This document shows, in pieces, positions 1-10,616 of a stretch of DNA of 64,000 nucleotides. Position 1 is the first letter of the stretch; each line of letters starts with the position of its first letter. The notes under the pieces were generated by a model. It was not told the origin of the DNA, ran no database searches, and was given only the letters and a program-made list of their open reading frames with translations. Source of the stretch: Pseudomonadota bacterium. Lineage in GTDB: Bacteria; Campylobacterota; Campylobacteria; Campylobacterales; Sulfurimonadaceae. The stretch is taken from assembly GCA_043797085.1 (NCBI GenBank), contig JAZDQA010000012.1:1-64000 (forward strand), written 5' to 3'. Position numbers and translations under genes: made by a program.

Positions 1-18
1 CCTGACCGTCACTTCTGC

Positions 19-116
19 TTAGTTTTCAATGATCTCAAACTCAAATCTAGTTGGCTTTTAATGGCTTCCCAGTGTTTGTGGACGGGAATTATAGGGGATT
101 TCGTGATGAATGTCAA
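19..116 (-). promoter_or_regulatory. Consensus sigma70 promoter with downstream boxA-like motif; probable rRNA operon leader (the RNA gene would lie left of the window)
   Basis: Minus strand TTGACA (116-111), 17 bp spacer, TATAAT (93-88); GATCATTGAAAACTAA (34-19) resembles rrn antitermination boxA; no ORF. Confidence 0.7.
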
Positions 117-165
117 GGGTTTTGGAAAAGAATTTTGAGAATGAGAAAAACATTCACTTTTTATT

Positions 166-774
166 TTAGTAGGTAACCGATACGTAGCCAGTTTCTGGGC
201 GAATAGTAATAACAGCTATACCATCTGAATGTGTTAATGTTATATTGCAGTCCTGAGTCAATAGATGTTCATAAATATTATTCGCATCCGGTTCTGATTC
301 TGATACATAATCATACGATCTACCTAATGAATCAAAAGATAATTCTTTACCTGTATTACATGTTGAAGAAAAAGCGACCGCCGTAATTCCGAACTTATCC
401 TTCAAATTAGTCCTATTGCTTGTATGGTTTATTGTGTCAACATATAATTTATCACCCGTTAAAGGATCAAGAGCCAATTCATTATTATCTGCATTTCCCT
501 CTTGATCTGTATCCGAATAGATTTTATAAAATACATTTGAAGCTGTTGATGTAAATTCTATTTGCCAATTTTCACGAAACCATAACGGATCGGTTGGATC
601 AAACTTATCATCAACCATGGCTAAATGTTGCGTATAACGAATATGACCAGCCACTTGTTCCGCTGCTTCTTGTAATGGATGACGATTGAAGTTTGGCATG
701 GCTAGGACAGCTAAAATACCTATTACTATAATAACAAAGACCAATTCGAGCATTGTAAAAGCAAAACGTTTCAT
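166..774 (-). CDS. Prepilin-type N-terminal cleavage/methylation protein (type II secretion/type IV pseudopilin-like)
   Basis: N-terminus KRFA-FTMLELVFVIIVIGILA is a class III signal peptide with E5. Confidence 0.85.
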   Translation of the reverse strand: MKRFAFTMLELVFVIIVIGILAVLAMPNFNRHPLQEAAEQVAGHIRYTQHLAMVDDKFDPTDPLWFRENWQIEFTSTASNVFYKIYSDTDQEGNADNNELALDPLTGDKLYVDTINHTSNRTNLKDKFGITAVAFSSTCNTGKELSFDSLGRSYDYVSESEPDANNIYEHLLTQDCNITLTHSDGIAVITIRPETGYVSVTY

Positions 775-857
775 AATAATTCACCTATAAACCATAATTG
801 TATTAGCGGTGATTATAACAAAAGTATCAAAAAAAAGAGGATAAAAGAAAAGGGGAT

Positions 858-882
858 GGATTCCCGCCTTCGCGGGAATCAC
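858..882. repeat. REP-like palindrome ATTCCC-N8-GGGAAT (dRS3-like), copy 1
   Basis: GGATTCCCGCCTTCGCGGGAATCAC; near-identical copies at 17541 and 47807. Confidence 0.85.
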
Positions 883-904
883 GAAAATACACAAAAGGGT
901 ACTA

Positions 905-2722
905 TTAAATCTCGTCTGCCATTTCGACATTGTAAAGAATATCGTCTGTTGGGTGACGATACATCGGCATTCCAAGACGTTTTTCATCTAAGATATGACC
1001 GATGAAACCGATAGAGCGGCCGACAACGAAGAATGCGTTTAGAGCACCAGCTTCAATGAAGCCGTCGATATCAGATTCAGAATAACCAAGTGCGCGCCAC
1101 ATATCAACCATCAAGATACCGATAGTACCATCAACATTCAAGATAAGATTATCTTTTTTAGAGGTTGTCAATTTTTCAACTTCAAGAGCAAAATCAAGCA
1201 ACGGAGTTGCCGGGAAGTGCTCTGCAGCGTATTTTTTCAAACCGGATACACGAAGGTCAGGGTTACGAACCGATTTGATACGGTGACCAATACCAGAAAT
1301 CGTTTTTCCTTCTTTTTTCATATAATCGATGAACTCAGCAGGAGTCATACCACGATCATTTGCATATTTGAAATAACGTGCAGCATCATCAATCGCACCA
1401 CCAAAACGTGGTCCGATAGTCAAGAGTCCTGTTACGAGAGAACTGATAACGTCTTTTCCTGCACGAGCAGTAACTTTTGCATTGTGTGCACCTGAAACTG
1501 CTGGACCGTGATCGGCAACGGTTTTGATAACAGTTTCAAGATAATCTGTTGCCCATTTTGGATAACGTTTTTTGAACCAAAGAAGTGAAATAACATCACC
1601 GATACCAAATCCAGTTTCCGGAGTTGCAACTGAGCTGATTGGGTAACCAGCGTAGGTTGCTTCATCACCACGGTCATCAGAAATTGTACAAATGAACTCT
1701 TTTTTACGACGTACTTTTGGTACTGTTTTTAATTCTGGTTCTACTATTTCTGTGACGATACCTTCATTACGAAGTTTTGTATATACATCTGAAATTGTTT
1801 TTGGAAGGTCATTGAAGCTTGCAGGAACAAACATTCCGGCTTCTGCCATAGCAGTATTTTTGAATGCCGCTGTTTCTGCATCCGCATTTGCGCTAGCTCC
1901 AGCGTGACCGAATTGAACACCTGAACTGAAATGTTTTGCAATCGTACCGATACACCAAGCGATAATCGGTTTTTTGATCAAACCTGACTTGACGGCTTCG
2001 ATGACTTTGTACTCTTCAGTACCCCCTACTTCGCCTAGCAATACCATGTATTTAACTTCTGGATTGCTCTCCATGCGAAGAAGATTATCGATAAATACTG
2101 ATCCAACGAAACGGTCTCCACCGATCGCTACACCCTCAGCAATACCATCAGCATTAATAGCGATAATGTTTGAAAGCTCATTGAACAAACCGCCCGAACG
2201 GGTTACGAGTCCACATGAACCGGCACGGTGTAATTTAGAGTTAATGATGTTTTCGATGGTTCCGCCGACGTTAGCGATTTTAAATCCGCCTGGAGCAATA
2301 CCGCCGACCGTTGCTGGTCCGATAACTACGACACCTGCATCACGAGCCGCTTGGTTCATTTTACGTGCAAGACGCTCAGGGATACCTTCAGCCGTTACCA
2401 TGACGGTTTTGAATTGACCTTTGATTGTAATCGCTTCCATCGTTACATCGTACGCAGTACGAAATGAAGCAAAGTTCAATAAAACATCGGCTTTTGGAAA
2501 CGCTGCTGCAGCTTCTGCCGTATTACGGAAAACTGGAACCATAATCTCATCAGCACCATAGAAAAATTTCTCAAATTTATTACCTGAAGTTGGTGCAACG
2601 ATTGCAGCAACCGAAGGTTTGACGCGATTGATAACATAGTCATAATCCAACATGCGTTGAATTGCGCTTGCGTTGTTGTTCCAAAAAATCGCTTGTGTAT
2701 CTTTGGTAAATAAAGCACCCAT
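905..2722 (-). CDS. aclA: ATP-citrate lyase alpha (large) subunit
   Basis: CoA-binding/SCS-alpha region with QFGHAGA phospho-His, citrate-synthase-like C-terminus (ADHGPAVSGAHN, GIGHRIKS); start moved to ATG 2722 behind an AGGAG RBS. Confidence 0.95.
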   Translation of the reverse strand: MGALFTKDTQAIFWNNNASAIQRMLDYDYVINRVKPSVAAIVAPTSGNKFEKFFYGADEIMVPVFRNTAEAAAAFPKADVLLNFASFRTAYDVTMEAITIKGQFKTVMVTAEGIPERLARKMNQAARDAGVVVIGPATVGGIAPGGFKIANVGGTIENIINSKLHRAGSCGLVTRSGGLFNELSNIIAINADGIAEGVAIGGDRFVGSVFIDNLLRMESNPEVKYMVLLGEVGGTEEYKVIEAVKSGLIKKPIIAWCIGTIAKHFSSGVQFGHAGASANADAETAAFKNTAMAEAGMFVPASFNDLPKTISDVYTKLRNEGIVTEIVEPELKTVPKVRRKKEFICTISDDRGDEATYAGYPISSVATPETGFGIGDVISLLWFKKRYPKWATDYLETVIKTVADHGPAVSGAHNAKVTARAGKDVISSLVTGLLTIGPRFGGAIDDAARYFKYANDRGMTPAEFIDYMKKEGKTISGIGHRIKSVRNPDLRVSGLKKYAAEHFPATPLLDFALEVEKLTTSKKDNLILNVDGTIGILMVDMWRALGYSESDIDGFIEAGALNAFFVVGRSIGFIGHILDEKRLGMPMYRHPTDDILYNVEMADEI

Positions 2723-2732
2723 ATTTTTCTCC

Positions 2733-4049
2733 TTACTTCTCAAGAGCCATACGGACGATGTCAGTGACATGCGTTTCTGGCCCATAAACTTCGATATAAA
2801 GACCCAAACGGTCTGCTGCCTCTTTAATATCCTTCAAACCTTTTTCATAGTTTGGTCCGCCACGGCGTACATAGATACGTGTATTGTGTGCTTTCATACG
2901 TTCAGCATACGTTTCAAACGCTTGGATAATACCGGTAAAGGTTTTTGCAACGTCTGTAAAGTTCGCAATTGCTCCACCGATGATAAGGATTTTGTCACGC
3001 CCTTTTGGGTCTTTGTGACGTGTCATCAAATCAAGAACGGTTTCAGCATAAAATTTAGTTTCACCCGTTGTTGGTCCACCTGAATACTCACCGTAGTTAG
3101 CAAGGTCAGCAACATTACCTGATAAATCTGCAATAGTATCTGCATATACAACTGATGCACCACCACCTGCAACCATCGTCCAAATACGACCCATTGGGTT
3201 AAGGATGGTCAATTTTAATGAAGCACCCGACTTTGAGTCTGCTTCAGCAATCGCTTTTTCTTCCGGAGATTGATCTTCCATACCAAACGCTGTTGGAAAC
3301 TCTGCTCCACACCATGCATCCGCCATCATAAATCCTGCTGTATCATCAAGTCGTGCAACGAGGTCAAGAATGTGCATATCATTTCCAACCATAACGATTG
3401 GATTGATTTCTAGGTATGCGAAGTTTTGATCGCGATAAAATTTATAGAACTGTTCTGCAAAAGCAATAAAACGTTCTTTGTTTTCCGTAGGAATTCCAGC
3501 AGGAACGTTAGCGCGGATCAAATGAGCAATAGAAGCATCATCCATAGTAATAGGAATAGTCACTTCATTGACTTTCTCTTCCCATCCCTCTTCTACTTCC
3601 ATACCGCCCTCAGCCGATAGATAAAGTACATCGTCTTCACCAACCGTGGTTGCTGAAATGTAATATTCTTGATCTTGTGAGTGAGGAGTGAATGGCTCAA
3701 CGATAAAATGAGTCAATGTCCCTTTTTGTCCCGTAAGAAGAACGGTCTCATTTGCAATTTTCGCATCAATCCACGTTGCAGCTTCTTCAAGAGTGACATC
3801 ACCCGGCTTGTTGGTTCGAAACAAAACTAAGTCATTTTTACCGCGTTTACCAAAAAGCATATCCGGTTTTGCAACCAAGGCTTCTTGTTTCAACCATTCA
3901 AAACCATGCTCTTGTGCTTTCGCACGAAGCTCATCACCGTTAGTTACCATTACCGATTTAAAACCATAATGGAAACCGCTGAAGTATTTTTCCCAATGCT
4001 TTGAGAAAATTGCTTTACCGTCGTATTCACGAATCGCTCTTTGAGCCAT
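2733..4049 (-). CDS. aclB: ATP-citrate lyase beta (small) subunit
   Basis: MAQRAIREYDGK, KPDMLFGKRGK, AGGGASVVYAD, NYGEYSG, GGAIANFT, RRGGPNY. Confidence 0.95.
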   Translation of the reverse strand: MAQRAIREYDGKAIFSKHWEKYFSGFHYGFKSVMVTNGDELRAKAQEHGFEWLKQEALVAKPDMLFGKRGKNDLVLFRTNKPGDVTLEEAATWIDAKIANETVLLTGQKGTLTHFIVEPFTPHSQDQEYYISATTVGEDDVLYLSAEGGMEVEEGWEEKVNEVTIPITMDDASIAHLIRANVPAGIPTENKERFIAFAEQFYKFYRDQNFAYLEINPIVMVGNDMHILDLVARLDDTAGFMMADAWCGAEFPTAFGMEDQSPEEKAIAEADSKSGASLKLTILNPMGRIWTMVAGGGASVVYADTIADLSGNVADLANYGEYSGGPTTGETKFYAETVLDLMTRHKDPKGRDKILIIGGAIANFTDVAKTFTGIIQAFETYAERMKAHNTRIYVRRGGPNYEKGLKDIKEAADRLGLYIEVYGPETHVTDIVRMALEK

Positions 4050-4140
4050 TGCAACTCCTTCGAAAAATCTTTTGGCAAATTATAACCAATATGAGCTACA
4101 GAAATACTCACAGAGTTTCATTTTGAAGGTAATAATTGTA

Positions 4141-5325
4141 TTATTTGTTTACTTTTGTAACATAAGCTGTATAGATAGGAATATTAATGTAACTTATTGT
4201 AACTTTTTTTGCTTTTCTATTTCTCTTTTCACTTAAGAGAGTCGCTTTGCACTCTGTGATTCCATAAAAACGAAGTCTAAGCTGCATTTTTTCATCATCA
4301 GCATTTACGCAGGAAATTTGATTGTACTTTAGTTCATGGGCTAATTCTTTGGCAATATGCATTGAATAAGAAAAGTGATCTTTAGGATTTTTTATCCATT
4401 GATATAGCCATTGGTTAAAGAATACGGCCAGAGCATTTACAACCAAAAGAGTAAAGGCACTGTAAAACAAAAGTCGATAACGTCGTCTAAAAATGGGTAA
4501 CCTAACCCGATAGGTATGAAAAAACGTTTGTGCTGCGAGTGGAAGTGCTACCATCAAATAGGGTGCGAAATCTTGAATATTCACTTTTTGACGGAACGAT
4601 AATAATAATGAAATGACAAACATACTCGATGCTATCATCCATACCAAATCCCGCTCATGTGACATATACCGTCGATACAGGACATAAAAGAGATACATAA
4701 AAACCACGGGAGAAAAAATAGCCGAATAGATTCCCAAAGCATCCAAAAATCGCCCTTGAGGTCTCCCGCTTAAATCTACTCCAAAAAAGAGGACAGCTAA
4801 GATCAAGAGTCCCAAGGAAACGCCTGCTGTAAGCCATTGCTTACGGCTAATGCCAAACAATGTAATGGAAAAATAGAGAAAAATAGCCGTCACATCGAGC
4901 ATCATAAAAAGAGGCAAAAGTATCAATGACCAATTATTAAATCTCAAATACATGTACACAAAGGCAAAAAGTGTCACTATTTTTAATCCCGCGACATTGA
5001 CAAGCAGTGCAGAACTGGTGATTCCAGGAAGAAGAAGATAGATAAAAACGATCCAAAGCTTATCATTTGGACGGGATACATAATAGCTTGAAATGAGATA
5101 CAAAAGTATTGTAGATATAAGATGTATTACAATCATAGGAATACGCAACGCATAATCGTTGGAGCCAAAAATATTTAAAAAGAAGGTACTGAAGCTTTTT
5201 AAGAGTGAGCTGTCACCATAAAGAATATTGGCTTCATAAAAGCTAATCGAAAGCCCTTGGATCTGTGCCACTAAAATAAGGAAATTAATCCCTAAAAAGA
5301 GTGCAAAAACCTTATGTTCTCTCAT
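4141..5325 (-). CDS. Polytopic membrane protein, probable GT-C (ArnT/GT39-like) glycosyltransferase
   Basis: Many hydrophobic helices; FGSNDYALRIP motif after the first loop. Confidence 0.55.
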   Translation of the reverse strand: MREHKVFALFLGINFLILVAQIQGLSISFYEANILYGDSSLLKSFSTFFLNIFGSNDYALRIPMIVIHLISTILLYLISSYYVSRPNDKLWIVFIYLLLPGITSSALLVNVAGLKIVTLFAFVYMYLRFNNWSLILLPLFMMLDVTAIFLYFSITLFGISRKQWLTAGVSLGLLILAVLFFGVDLSGRPQGRFLDALGIYSAIFSPVVFMYLFYVLYRRYMSHERDLVWMIASSMFVISLLLSFRQKVNIQDFAPYLMVALPLAAQTFFHTYRVRLPIFRRRYRLLFYSAFTLLVVNALAVFFNQWLYQWIKNPKDHFSYSMHIAKELAHELKYNQISCVNADDEKMQLRLRFYGITECKATLLSEKRNRKAKKVTISYINIPIYTAYVTKVNK

Positions 5326-5891
5326 AATTTTAGAAAATTATCCAATATTTCGTGCCCGTATTCACTCATAATCGATTCAGGGTGAAATTGAACGCCATAG
5401 ATAGGCTTGTCTTTGATTTGCAATGCCATAATTTCATGATCATCTTCGCTGTACGCCGTTGGAATAATCTCACTGGGAAGATTCTTTTGCTCTACAATCA
5501 GTGAATGATAACGCGTTGCGATAAACATCTCCGGCAATTTATTAAAAATAGCCGTATCTCCCTCGCGAATCATCCGTGATGTTTTGCCGTGCATCATCCG
5601 ATTGGCTCGTACGACATTACCGCCAAACACCTGCGCAATACTCTGATGCCCCAAACAAATTCCTAAAATAGGAATTTTATCGGCAAAATAACGGATGGCT
5701 TCGAGAGTAATACCCGCATCGTCCGGAGTTGCAGGTCCCGGAGAGATGATAAGTTTTTCGGGATGAAGTGCCTCGATCTCCTCAATACTCATCTCATCGT
5801 TACGGATAATTTTCAGATCAGCTCCCAATTCGAGACAATACTGAACAATGTTATAAGTAAAACTGTCATAATTATCAATCATTACTATCAT
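5322..5891 (-). CDS. Aminodeoxychorismate/anthranilate synthase component II (glutamine amidotransferase, PabA/TrpG)
   Basis: IDNYDSFTYN, SPGP, GICLGHQ, RYHSL, QFHPES. Confidence 0.92.
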   Translation of the reverse strand: MIVMIDNYDSFTYNIVQYCLELGADLKIIRNDEMSIEEIEALHPEKLIISPGPATPDDAGITLEAIRYFADKIPILGICLGHQSIAQVFGGNVVRANRMMHGKTSRMIREGDTAIFNKLPEMFIATRYHSLIVEQKNLPSEIIPTAYSEDDHEIMALQIKDKPIYGVQFHPESIMSEYGHEILDNFLKL

Positions 5892-5900
5892 ATTTTTCTC

Positions 5901-6962
5901 CTACCACGCTTTGATAACATTATACAAGCTATCACGTTCAATCGGCTCAAATCCACTATTCTTTATTAAAGCAACATACTCATCCAATTTCACACCATGA
6001 GCACTTTTAGCCCCTGCTGCTGAATTTATGGATTCTTTTTCGATTGTGCCGTCCAAGTCATTGGCACCGAATTCTTGAGCTACCAATGCTAAATTCACCG
6101 TAGAAGTGACCCAATAGGCTTTAAGATTGGGAACATTGTCCAATACTATTCGACTGATTGCCATCGTCTTGAGAATTTCATGCGCGGTGATAAACTCTTT
6201 AACGTTCAAAAAATTGTTTTCACTTTGATACACGAGAGGAATAAAACAGTTAAACCCTCCCGTAACATCCTGCAAATCACGAATTCGCATCATGTGGTCA
6301 ATCCGATGAGAGCGCTCTTCGACATGACCGAATAGCATTGTGACATTGGATTTCATCCCGCGCTCATGCCATTTACGATGAATTTCAAGCCACTGCTGGG
6401 AATTTACTTTCCCTTTGCAGATGAAATCGCGTACTTTTTCATCAAAAATTTCTGCTCCGCCACCCGGCATCGAATCAACACCATTTGCCACCATCAAATC
6501 TAAAATTTCATCGTAACTTTTGTTGTATTCTTCTGCCAAAAAATGAACTTCGGCTGCTGTTAGTGCTTTGATATGCAGCTGCGGATGCGCCTCTTTAATC
6601 TTGCGGAATACTTCGAGATACCACTCCAAGCCCGTATCAGGATTATGTGCTGAGACGATATGCACTTCCGAAATACCCCGCGCGACAATATCATCGGTGA
6701 TTGCCACAATCTCTTCGTGACTCATCGTGTAGGGATTAGGATTTTTACGGCTGGCGCTGTAGGCACAAAATTTGCAGACATCTTTACAAACGTTGGTCGG
6801 ATTAATATGACGGTTGATATTGAAAAATGTTTGTTTGCCATGCAAAGCACGTCGCTTTTCATCCGCAAGCTCACCAAGAGTAAAAAGGTCTAAATCGTAC
6901 AAAGCAACCGCTTCATCAAACTCAAGGCGAATACTCTGTTTTACTTTTTCGATAATCGTCAT
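5901..6962 (-). CDS. mqnE: Aminofutalosine synthase (radical SAM, menaquinone futalosine pathway)
   Basis: NRHINPTNVCKDVCKFCAY, MPGGGAEIF, KAYW, FGANDLDGT; start placed at MTIIEK. Confidence 0.88.
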   Translation of the reverse strand: MTIIEKVKQSIRLEFDEAVALYDLDLFTLGELADEKRRALHGKQTFFNINRHINPTNVCKDVCKFCAYSASRKNPNPYTMSHEEIVAITDDIVARGISEVHIVSAHNPDTGLEWYLEVFRKIKEAHPQLHIKALTAAEVHFLAEEYNKSYDEILDLMVANGVDSMPGGGAEIFDEKVRDFICKGKVNSQQWLEIHRKWHERGMKSNVTMLFGHVEERSHRIDHMMRIRDLQDVTGGFNCFIPLVYQSENNFLNVKEFITAHEILKTMAISRIVLDNVPNLKAYWVTSTVNLALVAQEFGANDLDGTIEKESINSAAGAKSAHGVKLDEYVALIKNSGFEPIERDSLYNVIKAW

Positions 6963-7273
6963 GAAAAATCTTTTATTATTTATTTTGCGCATTATAGCGA
7001 AAGAAGAAAGAGGGGTATTAAATTAAGCTATTTTTTTTAAAACTCATCGTAAACAATCCTTTACAAATTTCTTTCATTACACCTCTGTTATCCTTTCGTA
7101 CTATAATATATTATTGTTTCAAACATTGATCCAGATGAATAATGTTTTGTGTGATTGGAAGCGCAATGGTCGGCTGTCAATACCACCGTTGCCCTTTATT
7201 ATCAGCTTTGGATTGTGGTTGCGGCATTAGGTTTGTTTAGTCTAGCCTATCCATTTTATTTTAGGAGGATGTC

Positions 7274-7804
7274 ATGATGTTGAAATTAAGCTTAGCAGCC
7301 GTTGCATTGACCGCTGCTGTTTTTGCAGGAAATCTGTCGTTTGAATCGGGAGCTATCAAAGCCCATACGGAAATGGCTTTGGATAAGAAGATTGATCCGG
7401 TTGCCAAGAGAGCAACATCCCATTTATCTATGGAGTCCACTCCATTAACATTAAAAGGGTCTATTGAAATATCGATGAGCGATCTGATTAGCGATAACAA
7501 AAGACGAGATGCTGATATGCAAGAAGCTTTGGAGTCTTCTTTATTTCCTAAAGCGGTATTTGAAATCAAAGAGGTTGTCGCCAAAGGGGAAGATAATTAT
7601 CTCCTCAAAGGGACGATGAATTTGCACGGTGTGACCAAGCCGATCAGTTTTGAGGGAAGAATTACCGAAGAGAGTTCACAAGTGCGTATTCAAGCTACCA
7701 GCGTTCTCAAGATGACCGATTTTGGGATCAAACCGCCTAAATTACTATTTTTGAGCGTACGCGATCAGGTCGATTTGAGTGTGGATATTTCGTTAAAACG
7801 ATAA
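7274..7804 (+). CDS. YceI-family periplasmic lipid/polyisoprenoid-binding protein
   Basis: Signal peptide; SDNKRRD, GTMNLHGVTKP, TDFGIKPP. Confidence 0.88.
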   Translation: MMLKLSLAAVALTAAVFAGNLSFESGAIKAHTEMALDKKIDPVAKRATSHLSMESTPLTLKGSIEISMSDLISDNKRRDADMQEALESSLFPKAVFEIKEVVAKGEDNYLLKGTMNLHGVTKPISFEGRITEESSQVRIQATSVLKMTDFGIKPPKLLFLSVRDQVDLSVDISLKR

Positions 7805-7967
7805 ATCTCTCCGATTTGGAGCACTTTTATCGTAAATAGGAGTTTTCTCGCTCACTAATCTTTCAAACTACTCCAAGGATTCGTTCATCGGAGAGTTTGA
7901 AGATGCCGTAATGGATCGGAGTTAGTATTTTAGTGCCTAAATCAGTGCATGCCTGAATCGCTGCGGA
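7795..7967 (-). pseudogene. Frameshifted C-terminal remnant of an MBL-fold metallo-hydrolase (NAPE-PLD/RomA-like)
   Basis: Minus-strand translation AAIQACTDLGTKILTPIHYGIFKLSDE, then KVLQIGEIYRF in another frame; no start or HxHxDH region. Confidence 0.6.
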
Positions 7968-8105
7968 ATCGATGTTGTCACGTCAAATGAATTTCTAGCT
8001 TTATTAAGTGTTACAGAATAAGACAATATTTTTGCTTATTTTTTCACCTGCATTTTTCTCCAATAATACCGATTTAAGATACAATATCCTAAAAAAGCAG
8101 CCCCA

Positions 8106-10613
8106 ATGACTATCACCGAACAACTCGAAGACCTCATCGAATCCAATGCCAGCGATTTTGCGCTTTCAAAGCTTTTTAAATCGCACATTAATGATTATAA
8201 AAATTCTCTTTTAACCCTTTTCGAGCGCAATCAGGGGAAAGATTTTTTGGTCACGCATACCAAAGCTCTTGATTCGATTATCTCTCTTATGTACAAAACA
8301 CTTTTACGCCGAATGTTTGGTAATTATCTTCCTATGAGGGGAAATATCCCCATCGCCCTTATCGCCCTTGGAAGCTATGGACGTGAACAGCTTTGTGTTC
8401 ATAGCGACATCGATCTCATGATTGTGTATGAAAAGAATGAAGGATACAACACGGCGGCTATCATCGAAAAATTCCTCTATTTGGCATGGGATTCTGGGTT
8501 AAAGCTGGGTCATCGTGTCCATGAAGTGAGTGATTTACTATCCGCTTCAAGAGAGGACTTAACTATAAAAACCGCAATGATGGAATCACGGCTCATCATC
8601 GGTTCCCCTTTTACCTGGAATGCTACTCAAAATCGTCTTACCCTCATCCGTCACGATGATCCTAAAAAATTCGTTTTGGCAAAAATCAATGAAGCTCAAA
8701 TTCGTCGCACTAAATATGCTTTTTCCATGCAGCCTAATATCAAAGAAGGGGTAGGAGGATTACGGGATTCGCAATTGCTGTATTGGATTGCCAAAACGCT
8801 TTATGGGGTAACAACCCTTCGTGAACTTATCGGAACTCTTTTTAGCGAAGAACATTATCGTGAATATCGTATCGCGTTAGAGTTGCTCTTTCGGGTTCGA
8901 AGTGCGCTTCATCTGCTTGCCAATAAGCAGCAAGACCAATTAGTCCTTGATTTCATGCCAAGTATTGCACGAATGCTAGGATTTACCGATGAACGCCGAC
9001 TGGTCACCAAGCTCCTCGAAGCGCAATGGCGTATCAATAACTTTACCCAAATTTATGTCAAAAAAATGGCGAGACACTATCTCACAGACATTACTAAAAC
9101 CGCAAAGCTGCGATCAGGAAGGCTTTGTAAAGGATTTTACGCTTTTGAGGACACCCTCTACAGTTCATACAATCTTCCTACCCCAAACATCGATTCTCTT
9201 CTCGAGCTTTTAACTACTCTCGAAGACAAACCGTGGAAATTTGATGAAAGTGTACTTTTTCACTTTACCTATGTCACCATAAAACATCCGCTAAAAGCCA
9301 AAACGCATATTCATTTACGTAAACTTTTTGAACGTAATCATCTCTATGTCATTCTCAAACTGTTTTACGATGCCGGCATTCTCCATCATCTCATAGGAGC
9401 CTTTAAAAAAGTGCTTCATCTTCCTCAGTTTGATGGCTATCATCATTATCCGGTTGATTTGCACTCCATTAAATGCATTGAAGCGCTTGAAAACATTAAA
9501 GACCCTTATGTTGAAGCACTCTATAATCCTCTTTCTCTTAATGACAAGATACTTCTTAAATCCGTTATTTTGTTACATGATACAGGCAAAGGACGTAAAC
9601 AAGATCACAGCGAAGTGGGGACAAAACTTATTGTTCCGTTTATCAAAAGTCTTAAACTACCTGCTTCCACGCATGAGCGTGCCGCGCTGCTCGTCCGTCA
9701 CCATGTCACGATGAGCAACGTTGCCTACCGTGAAAATCTTTACAGTGAAAAAACACTCTATCAATTTATGTCTAAAATCAAAACACCTGAAAACCTTAAA
9801 CTTCTCTATATTCTCACCTATGCCGATATCAATGGAGTAGGTGCAGGAACCTATACGAGTTTTGGTGCTAATTTGCTTCATGAACTTTATGAAGCTTCAC
9901 TGGAAATTTCTTCTCAAAATGACCGATTAACCGATGCGATTAAACGTCAAAATAAAGAGAAACGACTATTGGCTGATAGTAATTTTGCTTTATTAAGTAA
10001 AATAGAGCAAAAGAAAATTCTCTCCATAGAATCCAATCTTTTCTTTTTTAAACACACACCTGATGAAATCATAGCACTCTCTAAAGAAGCGTTTGAATGC
10101 CAGACCTTCACCTATGGACTCAATATTGATGGTGGTTTGATTATCCATATTTTCCGTCGTATTCCTCTAAATCTAGGCTATTTACTCGGAAAACTCAGCT
10201 ATCTGGATGTAGCATCGATGGATATTTTCACCCTTTTTGATGGAATCAAATATTTCAAAATCGAGTTTTTGCAACGACCTCGTGAGGGTACGATGGAACA
10301 AATCGAAATAATTGTGGAAGAGGCGTTTGATATGTCCAAAAAACTTGACCTTCCAAAGCCTATCATTAAAAGACAGGAAATTACCCTCGATTGTGACCAT
10401 TCCATCCATTATGCTCAATTCAATCTCAATACCACAAACCAACGCGGATTGCTTGCATATTTTGTCCAACTTTGTGATGAAGCTAATATCAATATCGCAA
10501 CTGCCAAGATTCATACCGATAAAAATAGAGTCCGCGATCACTTCTTAATCGAAAAACAAAATAGGATGTGCGATAATGTTCAAGAAATTATTGCTAAATT
10601 AACAGAGGAGTAA
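8106..10613 (+). CDS. glnD: [Protein-PII] uridylyltransferase/uridylyl-removing enzyme
   Basis: ALGSYGR..HSDIDL NTase motif, PNIKEGVGGLRD, HD domain (YHHYPVDLH, LLHDTGKG), C-terminal ACT-like region. Confidence 0.9.
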   Translation: MTITEQLEDLIESNASDFALSKLFKSHINDYKNSLLTLFERNQGKDFLVTHTKALDSIISLMYKTLLRRMFGNYLPMRGNIPIALIALGSYGREQLCVHSDIDLMIVYEKNEGYNTAAIIEKFLYLAWDSGLKLGHRVHEVSDLLSASREDLTIKTAMMESRLIIGSPFTWNATQNRLTLIRHDDPKKFVLAKINEAQIRRTKYAFSMQPNIKEGVGGLRDSQLLYWIAKTLYGVTTLRELIGTLFSEEHYREYRIALELLFRVRSALHLLANKQQDQLVLDFMPSIARMLGFTDERRLVTKLLEAQWRINNFTQIYVKKMARHYLTDITKTAKLRSGRLCKGFYAFEDTLYSSYNLPTPNIDSLLELLTTLEDKPWKFDESVLFHFTYVTIKHPLKAKTHIHLRKLFERNHLYVILKLFYDAGILHHLIGAFKKVLHLPQFDGYHHYPVDLHSIKCIEALENIKDPYVEALYNPLSLNDKILLKSVILLHDTGKGRKQDHSEVGTKLIVPFIKSLKLPASTHERAALLVRHHVTMSNVAYRENLYSEKTLYQFMSKIKTPENLKLLYILTYADINGVGAGTYTSFGANLLHELYEASLEISSQNDRLTDAIKRQNKEKRLLADSNFALLSKIEQKKILSIESNLFFFKHTPDEIIALSKEAFECQTFTYGLNIDGGLIIHIFRRIPLNLGYLLGKLSYLDVASMDIFTLFDGIKYFKIEFLQRPREGTMEQIEIIVEEAFDMSKKLDLPKPIIKRQEITLDCDHSIHYAQFNLNTTNQRGLLAYFVQLCDEANINIATAKIHTDKNRVRDHFLIEKQNRMCDNVQEIIAKLTEE

Positions 10614-10616
10614 ATT

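Noticed and set aside
781..987. 68-aa ORF containing VIPAKAGI, also seen in 17537-17797
   Set aside because: The shared peptide is just the translation of the REP palindrome; both ORFs overlap real genes
1217..3620. Several antisense or alternate-frame ORFs over aclAB (similar ones over the Mo subunit, hisD, motA, queA)
   Set aside because: Shadows of strongly codon-biased genes; no motifs or RBS recognised
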